From Lama guanicoe (taxonomy: Eukaryota): 64,000 bases of DNA. The notes beneath the pieces were generated by a model that was not told where the DNA came from, did not search any database, and saw nothing but the letters and a program-made list of their open reading frames with translations. This document shows positions 13,230 through 25,100 of this stretch, piece after piece; within the stretch, counting starts at the first letter, position 1, and each line of letters opens with the position of its first letter. The position numbers were made by a program, and so were the translations under genes. The stretch lies in assembly GCA_013239625.1 (NCBI GenBank), contig MU053588.1, positions 955,988 to 1,019,987 on the forward strand. The letters run 5' to 3'.

Positions 13230-14046
13230 ATACTTTTCTAATATTCTCTTTTCTGCTTTTTTTCATGTACCCAGTGTAATTGGAGATTATTCTAGAGACA
13301 GACAAGTAGGTCTCATATCCTTTTTTATGTCTGCAGTTCTTCCTCTAGAACTCATGTCCCATAAATTATTTCCACGTTTCATTAATGGACATGTGGGTGG
13401 CTGCCAGTCTTTGCTGGCATAAATGATGCTATAGGGTGTACATTGTGCTTCAAGGTAACAAAGGCACCTCCTCTTGTAGGGGTACATTCCTGAGTGTGGC
13501 AGGGGTGCCTTGAGGAGATCCCAATCCCTCTGCCTCTGTGAGTCTAGAAGGGTTCAGGTACACAGCTGCTGGGTTTCTTCCCTGGTCTGCGCAGGTGGGC
13601 TGGCGGCGGGGGGCGGTGGGGCACAGACTACCATCAGCTCTTCATTTATAAAGAACACCTATCCTGCTCTATGTTGCACAGAGTTGGGAATAACAGTGAC
13701 AGAGAAAGCCCCAGGCCCTGCCCTCCCATGGCCTGGCATTGCCAGAGGAAGGAGTGTGTCACAGACAAGGGTTCGAAGAAAGGAAAGCAGTCAGCTGGTG
13801 ACAAAGTAGGGAATAGTATCCCAGAGGGTATTATAATGTGTGAACGTGTGTACAATCTGGAGGAGAGCAGGCACACTTGATCAAGGATATCCAAGTCGCT
13901 CCGTGTGACTAGGCTTTGGACTACACAGGGAGACAGGAGATGAGCAGGATGGGAAGTACAACAGGGATGAGATTATGCAGGGCTCTGGGAAACAGTTGAG
14001 TTTGGATGTTTTCCTGGGGTCCTGGGAGTCATGGAAGGTTTTAGTG

Positions 14047-14225
14047 CACTGATTTCCAAAGTGCTGTCCCAGATCATTAGTATCAGCATCACCTGGAAAC
14101 TTGCTAGAAATACAGATTCTCCAGCCCCATCTCAAACTTGCTAAATCAAAAGACCTTGGGGTGGAGCCCAACAACCTGTTTTAACAAGACCTTCTGGTGA
14201 GTGTAATGCTAGTTTGAAGCTACGG
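14047..14225. mobile_element. hAT-Charlie MITE (MER5A-like)
   Basis: CAGCATCACCTGGAAACTTGCTAGAAATACAGATTCTC...TGTTTTAACAAG pattern characteristic of MER5A. Confidence 0.7.
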
Positions 14226-14529
14226 GTTTAGAGTAAAGTCAGTTTTGCAGTTCATCAAAAAGTAATGGTGTGAATCTTTAACTGTTAGTCATCAGAATAC
14301 AAATGAAAACTTACTGAAAATTTTCTTGGGCCAAGCATTCACGTGTTACCTTATTGACTTCCGAAAACAGCTCTATGAGATGTTATGCCGCAGTCAGATT
14401 AATTCCCACATGGAAACCAAACTTTTTCGCTATAATTGTGATGTCAAAGTCTGTTTGGGTAGAAGGATGAGTAGGCCAGAAGCACCAAACTCTCTGAAGG
14501 ACTTCCTAACACAAACTTCATCTCCAGCA

Positions 14530-14800
14530 CCCTCTGCCGGCCAGGTCCCCGCGCAACTGGGTGTTGAGCACCGCCTTCTCTCTGCCCGCCAAGCCCTAGG
14601 CGCCAGTTGGGATGCGCGTTACCATGAACACAGGAGCGCGAGGCTAGCGGGCATGGAGAAAGGCGGAAGTCAGTTGTGGAAGTGCGAGCGACCATTTTGA
14701 GACCGGGCAAGAGGGGCGGGACTGGAGCGGCCAAGTGACGGTTGACCGGTTTTAACTTAGTGACTGGTATCGCGGGGCGGGGAGAAGAGGGGGGTGCCTG
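14530..14800 (+). promoter_or_regulatory. Probable CATSPERG promoter / non-coding first exon region
   Basis: Local CpG enrichment, ETS-type CGGAAGT (14664-14670), CCATTTT (YY1-like core), GC boxes GGGGCGGG at about 14712 and 14774. Lies about 1.4 kb upstream of the ATG. Confidence 0.55.
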
Positions 14801-15719
14801 GGACCATCCCTGGGAGGGATGCGGGGAGGGGGCGGGGTCAAGAAGGGGAGGGAAGGGAAGGGGGGAGGCGAGGAGGGGAGAGGCTGGGAAAAAGGAGGAG
14901 AGTCAAGGTACTGGGTACATACAGGACGGGTGGAGCGGAGAAAGGGAGGGGCGAGGACTTGGGAGAGGCTCAGAGGAGAAGCGGGTCGATGAATAGCGGC
15001 GGGGCTAGAAGAGACGTAGCGTAGAGCCGGGAGCTGTCCAGGGCATGGAAACAAGTGGTGAGAAGGGGTGGGGAGAGAAGGTGTCGCAGTTCGGGGGGAA
15101 GGTGACGATCGAGAAAGTGAAGACGGACAAGGTAGCGCCGGCATGGGACGAGGATAAAGTGCAGGGAGAGGAGAGGGTGCGGAACGAGGGGAAGATCAAT
15201 GGCGAGGAGAGATCCAGCGGCAAAGATAGGGTCTCTAAAGAGAAGGGGCGGGGCCACAGGAGGAGGCGGGGCGAGCAGCAGGCTTGGGAAGAAACGCTCC
15301 TCCAGTATAAGGGAGAAGGGAGGGTCGGTAATGGGCGGGACAAAGAGCAGGAGAGTGAGAAGCTAGCTCCAGGCGAGAAACAGGGGCGGGGACAGGGGAA
15401 GGGGCGGGGCGTGGGGAAGTTCTGGGAAACGGATAGGGAGAGGGGCGGAGCCAGGCGCAAGACCTGGTACCTGGGTAGGGCCAGAGGACGGAGAAAGAGG
15501 TCCTTCGAAGAGAAGCTGGGGGGCGGGGCCAGAAGTGGGGGTGGAGCCAGGTGCAGTTACGCGATCCCAGGGAGTAGCAGGACTGGGAAAAATAGGTGGG
15601 GAGCAGGTAGATTAAGAAACAGAACCCGAGACCGGGTGAAGAAGAGTAGGGGCGGGATGCAGAGCAGGGGCAGAGCAAAGAAGAAAGGTGGGACAAGGTT
15701 AAGGGGCGAGGCGAGGAGA

Positions 15720-16040
15720 CAAGGGGGAACCAGGAGCTGGGGCGTGACCAGGAGTAACAGTAGGGGCGAGACCTGGAGTAGTAGCAGAGGTGGGATCCGG
15801 AATTGGAGTGGATGCAGGATCGGGGGTAGGGCCGAGGTTTGGAGCAGAGGTGGAGCCAGAAGCAAAAGCAGGAGTGGAGCCAGAAGCAAGAGCTGGAATC
15901 GAGCCAGGAGCAAGAGCAGGGGTGGAGCCAGGTGCAAGAGCAGGAGCGGAGCCAGGAGCAAGAGATGGAGTGGAGCAAGGAGCAAGAACAGGGGTGGGGC
16001 CAGAAGCCTGTGCAGAGGCGGGGCCAGGAGCAGGGACCAG
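15720..16040 (+). repeat. Degenerate 24-bp minisatellite, consensus GGAGCCAGGAGCAAGAGCAGGRGT
   Basis: Clear units start at 15852, 15876, 15900, 15924, 15948, 15972, 15996 and 16020; more decayed units lie upstream. Confidence 0.9.
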
Positions 16041-16154
16041 GCGAAGCGCAGCAGCGAGGTGGGATCTCAGACAGCGCCTACCAAGAGCAGTCTTGCAAGC
16101 TAGTGTTGACCTCCGCATTCTCCATGTTGAAGCCACTTTGCTCGCTGCCCCGAG

Positions 16155-19100
16155 ATGTCCCCTGCGTGGCCGAGACTCCGAGTTCTGCGAGAGTTGAGGG
16201 CACTGCTGGTGGTGCTGTTAGCACCATGGAGGTTGTGGGCGATAAAGGATACACAGGACTGCACCTGGCAGGTTGCCCTGAACAAGTTTGACGCAATAGG
16301 CGAGAACCACACGAGCGATCGTTTCTTCTATCAAGAGCCCCTGGACACAGTGGATGAAGTGTTCAGCCTGCTGGTGGATGCACCCATCGACCCGGACAAG
16401 GTGAGGGGACTGGGGTCAGGCGAACGGGAGAGGTCCTGGATCTGCACCCCACTGGGCTCTGAACGTTTGCCCAATTTCTCCTTGCAGACATACCTGGGCT
16501 TTCCTTACTACCTGAAGATCAATTACTCCTGCAAAAGAGAGGTGAGTGGGTGCAGCCGGGGGTGGGCTCATTCTATGTGGGCCTCAGTTTCCCCAACACT
16601 AACATTCAAATAGCAGTGGTACTACCAGACCCCAGGGAACTTAAAGATTCATTAGTGGAAGGACATTTAGGTTATCCACTTTTGGGGGTGGGGGGCTGTT
16701 ATGAATCATTTTGCTATGAACATGTGTGTACAAGTTTTTGTGTAAACATATGCTTTCGGTTCTCTTCAGTATCTACCTAGGGAGTGGAATTGCTGGGTCA
16801 TACGTTAACTCTTTCACTTCTGAGGAACTGCCTGTTTTCCAGATCAGCTGTGCATCATTTTACATTCCCATCAACAATGTATGAGGGTTCCAGGTTCTAA
16901 GGGTGGTTTTTATTTACTAATTTTTTGTTGTTGTTGTTTTGGGGGTTTTATGGGGGAGAGGTAATTTTATTTATTTATTCATTTATTTTTAGTGGAGGTA
17001 CCAGGGAACTGAACCCGGGACTTCATGCATGCTAAGCATGTGCTTTACTACATGAGCTATACCCTCCCCCTCTTTAAATGTGGTTTTGATTTGCATTTGC
17101 CTCATAACTAATGATGTTGAACATCTTTTCATATGTACCTTGGCCATTTATCTACATTCTTTGGAGAAATGTCTATCTAGAGTCTCTGCCCATTTAAAAA
17201 TTAGATTATTTGTCTTTTTATTGTTGCATTGTAAAATTTCTCAATATATATGGGAGGCTAGTTTCTTATCAGATATATAATTTGTAAATTTTTTCATATT
17301 CCATGTCTTTTTACTTTCTTGATGGTGTCCTTTAAAACACAAAAGTTTTATGTTTATTGAGATATAATTCACATATCATAAAATAGTACAAAAATTTTAA
17401 ATTTTGATGAAGTCCAATTGATCAATTTTTTTCATTTGTTGCTTGTGCCTTTGGTGTTGTCTAAGAAGGCTTTACTTAACCAGAGGCCATGAAGATCTAC
17501 TCTCATGTTTTCTTCTATAAGGTTTTTGTTTGTTTGTTTGTTTTAGCTCCTACATTTAGATCTTTGATCCATTTTGAGTTAGTTTTTGTATATGGTGTAA
17601 GGAAGGGGTCTAACTTTTATGTGTGAATATCCAGTTATCCCAGTACCATTTGTTGAAAGGATTATTCTTTCCTCATTGAATTGTCTTGGCACCCTTGTCA
17701 AAAATCAATGGACCATAAAGGTAAGAGTTTATTTCTGGGCATAATTCCAGTCCATTTCTCTATATATCTGTCTATATGGCAGTACCACACAGTCTTGATC
17801 ACTGTAACTTTGTAGTATGTTTTCAAGTTGGGAAGTTTGAGTCCTCCAACTATGTTCTTTTTCAAGATTTTTTTTATCTCATGTCAGCCTTCTGAGGACA
17901 GTAGAATCTGCCATAGACTAACATTTACTTGGAGGAAGTACAGCATGATAGTTAATCCTTTCGGCTCTGGAGCCAGGCTGCCTGGGTTCAAATCCCAGCT
18001 CTGCTACATAATAGCTGTGTGATCTCATGCTAGTTACTTAACTTCTCTGTACCAAAGTTTCCTCATCCTTAACACAGGTACAATAATGATCATACCTGCT
18101 TTCATAAAATAATTAAGGGGGTTGAGGGGGTTTAGTACAGTGGTAGAGCACATGCCCGGCATGCACGAGGGCCTGGGTTCAATCCCCAGTGTCTCCACTA
18201 AAGGGAAAAAAATACATAAAATGATTAAATACATGTGATGCACTTACCACAGTGCCTGGTTCATAGACAGGGCTCACTGAATGCTGGCAACAAGTTTTTA
18301 GAGTGTGATCCTGGGCAGAGAGTTTACTCCATGAGCCTTCTCTCCTTCTCTGTAAAAGCATGTTAATAATGATACCTTTATCTCTTCATGCCACACCTAC
18401 TCCGAGTCAGATCCTCTTTTCTTCTTTTTTACAACGGGGTCGGGGGGTGAGGGAGTGGGGGACACAGTGAAAAACAACATGGCCAGGTTTTTCTTCTGGA
18501 TTCAGCCCACCAGCGAAGCAGACAATCAGCAAGTAAACAGGTTAAATAATTTATTAGAGGAATCAGAGCAAAGAAGAAAGTAAAAGGAGGTGATGTGTTC
18601 GAAAGGAGGGTGTTAGCTGGGGTGGCTGGGGGGTGTCTCTGAAAAGGCTGGAGCAGAGCCCTGAATGATGAAAGGGGAGGCCCATGAGGAGAACCAGGGG
18701 AAGCATTAGGGTCAGTGCATCAGCCCTGAAGTAGGACCAAAGCTGGAGTGTGTTTGAGGATCAGCTAAGAGTCCCGTGTGGCGGGAGCAGAGTGACAAGG
18801 GGGACAGTGGGAGGGGATAGTGAGGACTTGGCCTACACCCTGAGTGAGGTGGAGCCATGAAAAGGTTCTGAGCAGAGGAGGGAGACAAACTCAGGTGTCC
18901 GCAGGCTCCCTCCTGCTGTGGGGGTGGGGTGGGACAGGGAGCAAAGAGATGGGGTGGGGGTGCAGATGATGGTCTGGGCAGAAATTAAGGATGGATGGGG
19001 CCAGGATAGTCATAGCCACTGTTGCCCTGACAGGGAGGAGGTCCCCCCACCCCACAGCACCTGCTGCCCTGTGATGGGAAACCCGGAGGCTGGGCTGGGG

Positions 19101-22100
19101 CAGGTGAGGTTGGCAAGATTGAAAGGGCCCTGGCTGAGGCATTCCTCAGGGTGAAGGTCTGTGTAGAGGGGGTCAGACCTGTGAAATCTCCTGTCCGGGT
19201 CCCACACCTCGCCCACCACGCAGCTGCTGCAGTGCCTGGAGTACAGCTCTCTCCTGAGGATGCCTCCAAGCCTTTGCTTATGCTGATTCATACCCTGGAA
19301 CAACCTTCTTCCTCCTTCTATCTCCACTCTAAGCCCTCCTTGCCCTTCTCAGCCCAGCCAGGATCCTGGTATCTCTGCGAGGTTGTCCCTGGCTGCCCCA
19401 TCACCCTTTACCCCAGTTCCTTCCTGTCTAACTGCCCCACCCTACCCTCATCCCCAGGCCCCAACCCCAAACCTGGCTATTTTCTGACTGGTGGTGGTGG
19501 CAGAGAGTCTAATTTCTGCAGGGAGGGCGGAAGCTTCTCAAGACTGGGGCTTGGAATCCCTGAAGTGAGGGAAGAGGCTGCTAGCAGTTTGGGGTGTCAG
19601 GCACTCCCACCTTTACCTTTATGCTTAGCCCGTGTGGTCCTTCCCTACGCACTCCCTACATCCACATTCTGTCTGAATACTTTGCTATGGACTCTCCTCC
19701 TCCAGGAAGACCTCCTGACTCTCTCCACAGCCTGTAGTGCTTTTGCCCCTCTCCTAGTCTGGCCAATCCACCAGCCCCAAATCTGGATCATGTTCTCTGA
19801 CCTTCCCATGGTGAAGGGTCAGTTCTCCTGACCCAGCCCAGGAAGACAGGCTAGTAAAGGTGGGGTCACAGCAGGGGGATACACAGGCTATCTTACAGAC
19901 ATGCCTGTGGGGCCATCTTACCCTCAGTTCTCCGAGGCCCTGGTCCGCAAGGGCCACCTGACGGGGCTGAAGCCCATGGTGCTGGTCAGCTTCCAGTCCC
20001 CAGTCAACTTCTATCACTGGAAGATAGAGCAGCTACAGATCCAGATGGAGGCAGCCCCCTTCCGCAGCAAAGGTGGGCCTGGGGCGGAGGGGTGCCCCTG
20101 AAGGGATCACAACCTGGCAGGGGTGCGGGGACATTGCTGGGGCTTTGAGGGGAAGCTGGGGTCATCAGAGGGATTCATGACCTGGTGGGGGGATGTGAGA
20201 GTTTTGGGGGCCTCATGGTGGTCTGTAGCCTGGAGAGGGGCCCAGGGAGGCCTCAGCAGCTTCGTAGCCTAGATGAGGCCACACAGAGGCCCCTTGGCTG
20301 GGACGGGCCTGGGGCATGGGGAGTTGCAGGGAGTTCCGGTGGTCTCTGGCCTGTGGGGAGCTGCTGGAAGGCCCCAGCAGCCTCAGTGCCCACTGCCTGC
20401 CTGCAGAGTTGTGTAACGCCGAGGAGGTGTGTGTCATGAGCTGGTATACGCCCATGCCCATCAAGAACGGCAGCGTGGTCATGCGCGTGGACGTCAGCAG
20501 CAATGGCCTGGGGCCCTTCATTCCCAATAAAAGGTGCCCTTTCCCAAGCCCAGGGCAGTGGGGTAGACTCTGGGAGGGACTTCCTAATCCCCAGGTCCCC
20601 AAAGAAGACAGGAGGAGCCCAAAAGGTGGGAACAGGGCGGGGGGGGGTGGCTGTGTGCTAGGGCCGGAGTGGGAACCCTCACAGGTGCCTGCCCCACACC
20701 TACCGCCAGTTTTTGGGTGAACATCAACGGCTTCCTGGAGAGACAGCAAGACAACACACTGCGTTTCACTGTGGGAAATGAGGTAAGCCGGCCCGGTTGT
20801 GGGGAAGGGTAGAAGGTGTGGTTAGAGAGAGTAGGCTGGGGCCCTGATTACATCCCAAACAAGTGGCAGATTCAATTTACAGAGTGCTAATTGTGTGCCA
20901 GGCCCTGGGGGGATGTGCTCTGCTAAATGCACAATCACCTGAGGTCTTCACAGAGACCCATGAGGGAAGGTTCTGTCACATACCCATTTTAAAGAGGAGA
21001 AAACTGAGGCCCCAAAGGGATAGAGCCTTTTGCCCACAGTTTCTCATCATGAACACATGAAATGAGACTTGAAACTGTATCTGCTTGACTCCCACACCCA
21101 TAGTCTTAATCACAGTGCATGCGTGCATTCATTCATTCATTCATTCAGCAGGCACTTCCTCTGAGCACACAGTGTGGCACCATGCGAACATAACAGTGAA
21201 CACACAGCCCCAAATCTCTGCCCTCTTAGAGCTGACATTCTAGGGGGAGAGACAGACAACAAACCAGTAAACATAAAAAGTAAATTCCATGGCAGGTTAA
21301 AAGATGGTAAGTGCTCTGGAGCGAATTCAGACAGTGAGGGGAATTGGGTCCGTGCAGGAGGGGATGGCAGTGTTTAATGGAATGGTCAAGAGAGGCATAA
21401 TTGAGAAGGTTGACATTCAAGTCAAGCCTTTGAGGAGGAGAGGAAGGAATCATGTGATTACTTGGGAAGAGCATTTCATACAGAGGGAACAGCCAATGCA
21501 AAGGTTCTGAGGTGGGAGCCATGCATGGTATGTCTTAGAGGCAGTGAGGAGGCTGATGTGGCTGGGAGAGAGCGGATGAGGGGGAGAGTGTTGGGGGGTG
21601 AGATCAAAGAGGTGATGGGGCAAATTACATGGGGTCTCAGGGTCTCGTGGGTCAGGGTAAATTCTTTAGCTTTGACCCTAGGTGAGACGGAGCTGTGGGA
21701 GGGTAGGGGGTTGTTAAGCAGCCCTCCTGCCCCTGCCCTACAGCTCTTCAATCTGATACCCCGGTACTTTGTGAATGCCCCATCACGGCCCCTGTGGTAC
21801 ACTGTGGACCAGGCACCTGTGCTCATCCTGGGCGGCATCCCCGAGGAGAAGTCCATCCTGCTGACCGACACAAACTTCAAGGACTTCTTCCTTGTAGAGG
21901 TGAGTGGTGCAGGGCAGATGCTGTGGGGGGGGGCCTTTTGAAGGGGGCGAGGCCTCAGCTTCCAAAACGGGGTGGGGCCTGGGGCCACGGAAGGGGTCCT
22001 CGAGGGCATATCAGCCCCCATAAAAGGCAGATAGCATGAAGGAAAGACATAAGACTGCAGCCAGACAGCCTGGGTTCAAATCCTACCACCTCCTGGCTGT

Positions 22101-25100
22101 GTGATGTTGGGCAAGTCACTCCACCTACCGGGGCCTCAGAGTCCCCATCAGTAAAATGGGAACAGTAGTTATAGTTACCTGACAGGATTATTGTGAGGAT
22201 GATCTAAATTAATATCAGCTGGACACAGAATGAGTACTATGTGAATCAAAGCTATTATCATTTATAGGTCCACCATTTGTAATTCTGAAATCCAAAGAGC
22301 ATTTTCATAAGTTGAAGGGTAAAATGCATTTGTTGAGAAACCCTGACCTGAGCTAACAAAGTCTGCTTGTTTTGGTCTCTGTGCATCCCATTTAGTGTTA
22401 CTATTCAGATGCTGTCCTACAGAAGTATTAAGGGGTTTGATTATGGGGTGCTGCCCCAGGCCCCGCAGAGGGTTTGAATGGTATATATGGTGCCATATTT
22501 CCTTCTAAACTCCGGAAAATTCTGAGTTGCGATATACATCTGGCTCCCAGGGTTTCAAATTCATCATTGTGAGCCTGTATTATTCCCAGAATGCGGGATG
22601 GGGTGTCTGAAGCAAGGTTCTTTTGGTGTGAATGACAAAACTGGATTCTTTGCAGCTGTAGGCAGAACTCCAACCCAGTTTGGTTTAGGCAGAGAAATGC
22701 ATTGAATAGGTGCACCTAACGGCAAAGCCTGAGCCCAGATCAGCCTGCAGGCCTGCCTTGACCCAGGGTTCACATGAGGACTCCAGCTTTCAGCTCCACT
22801 TCTGGATTAGCCCTGTCCTCAATGTGGCTCATATCATCCCAACTCCAAGGCAGAGAAAGGGAGCATCTGTTTCCCAAATAGCTTTTTAAAAATCCTGAAA
22901 TTTATTTGGGCCTGTTTGGCCACTCTTTAGTAGTGTGTTTCAAAATAATGGAATGTGCCGGCTAGCTTAGCCCAGGGCATGCACTCTATTCTAATGAGGG
23001 GGACAGCCAAGACAAGAGGCAGAGAAAGGATGGTTCCCCCAAATGAAAGTAGGTAGCTTTGCCACAAGTTGAGGGGAGAAAATGCTGGTTGTTAACTGTG
23101 TCCAAGGTAACAGCCGTGCACCACAGCAACCCCAAAAGTTGCCCTCAGCCTCCTCCCATCAAGGTTGAAAGCTCCACCGTTGATTTCTGATGACCTCATG
23201 TGGATTAATGTTCTCTCAGTTCCCTCTGGCTCTGAATACCTGCATCTCCATTTACAGACCACCTCCCTGTCCTGGGTCAGCCCTCTCCGTTCTGGCCCAA
23301 GTCTTTCCAGACATGATTCAGTTTTCATGCTCCTGACCCAAACACACCCACAGGGAATATGTGATCGATGTGGATTCTGCTGAAGAGCTTTTTAGGGCAG
23401 AGAAGGGGGCTTATGTCAGGGGAGTGAGAAGTTCAATTTCAATTTCAGGCGTCCTTGTTCTTTTTCTTTTTTAATTGATCAAGGATAAAAATCATAAAAT
23501 TCATAAAATTCACCATTTGTTAAAGGTTTTTTGGGGGGGGTTTTTTGGGGGGGTAATTAAGTTTGTTTATTTATTTATTATGGAGGCACTGGGGATCGAA
23601 CCCAGGCTTTGGAAGTTGACTTGTTCCTCTGATAATTGTGCATGCTAGGCATGTGCTCTGCCACTAGAGCTATACCCTCCCCCCTAAAATTAACCACTTT
23701 AAAATGAACAATTGAGTGCCATTGAGTACACTGATATTGTGCAACCACCACAGTATCTATTTCCAAAAAATTTCCATCACCCCAAAATCGAAGCCCATTT
23801 ATTTTTATTCTTTAATTAGGGATTTTTCCCATATTGCTGTCTCCTCTTTTCCCTTCTCCTGTTTCACTTCACCACTCCCTTCCAGACTGCCCCTAGGATT
23901 CCAGCTCTCCTCCTCGGCCGGGTGTTGGTCAGGTTTAGATGCTGTAACAAAGAGACCCCTGAGAGAGAAAAGCTTAAATAGATGCTATTACTCATTCCTG
24001 GAACAGTCCAGAAGCAAGAAACACAAGTTCCTTCTATTTTCCTGCTTCACCATCTCCTAGACCCCACATGTTGATTTCATCAGCATGATCGGAGCTGGGC
24101 CACGCCCATGTCCATATTCCAGCCAATGGGAAGGGGAAAGAGCAGAAATGGACGGCAGGCTGTTTTCTCTTAAGCAAGTTTCACTCCTACTCACATCCTG
24201 TTACTGAGAAATTAGTCACATGGCTATATCCAACTGCCAGGGAGTCTGGAAAATATAATTTCTACCTGGGTGGCACATGCCCTATTAAAACTCAATTACC
24301 AAAGAACATGGAGGGAATGGATTTGGGTGCTCAACTAGCTACCTGCCAAAAGTGAAGGAAGAAATTTGTTGGTTCACATAACCAAAAAATTTAGGACTTC
24401 AGATCCAGCTTGACCCAGGATTTCAAACAATGTCACCAGGACTGAGTTTCTCTCTTTCTATCTCTTGGACCTGGTTCTTCTGTATTGAGTTTATGCTCAA
24501 ATGGCTCTGTACTTGAAACTGCATAGGCTGCATCTTCTCAGGCCCACATCCAGTGGGAAAGATCTTTCCTGTTATCCTTCAGCCCCCAAATCACAAGATT
24601 CCTTCCACTTGATGCAGTTCACCAATTGCCCACCTTGATTCGATCATCGGAGCCAGAGAAACCCAACAGGCTGCTTATTGAGTTAGATGATCCCGAAGTC
24701 TTAAACTTTGCTCAAAGAAGAAATCCAGCTGACTCACAGCTTTCTTTTTCTCATGTATGTGGGAGAAGAGGGGAGGTGTGATGATCCTCCCATAGCTTAG
24801 CAGAGAAAATTTCCAAGTATCTCTTCCAGAAAACAGGCATCACTTTAAATATTATCAGGGCACTACATTAAGTATGACAATGAATCAAAATGACAGATTT
24901 AGAGGGCACAGGTTAGTTTTACCAGGCATAGCAACAATGTCTGTAGTCTGAATGGATTATGAGTTTTTTTTAGAAATTACACTTTCAAGGACACTCTTCT
25001 GATGCTGAGTAGGGCAGAGATGTGAGAATATTCATGTTCTCCTTGATAAAATTTTCCTTAGCTGCAGAGCCTAGAGTTTTGCTTTGATATATACCTTTTT

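Noticed and set aside
15852..16040. CRISPR-like array
   Set aside because: The units are contiguous with no unique spacers, there are no cas genes, and the DNA is mammalian.
15005..16136. Minus-strand Leu/Pro- or Cys/Ser-rich repeat ORFs
   Set aside because: They are mirror translations of the purine-rich 24-bp repeat, with no supporting gene structure.
19151..19831. 226-aa ORF in a CATSPERG intron
   Set aside because: It has a non-ATG start, low-complexity Leu/Pro/Ser content and no recognisable homology.
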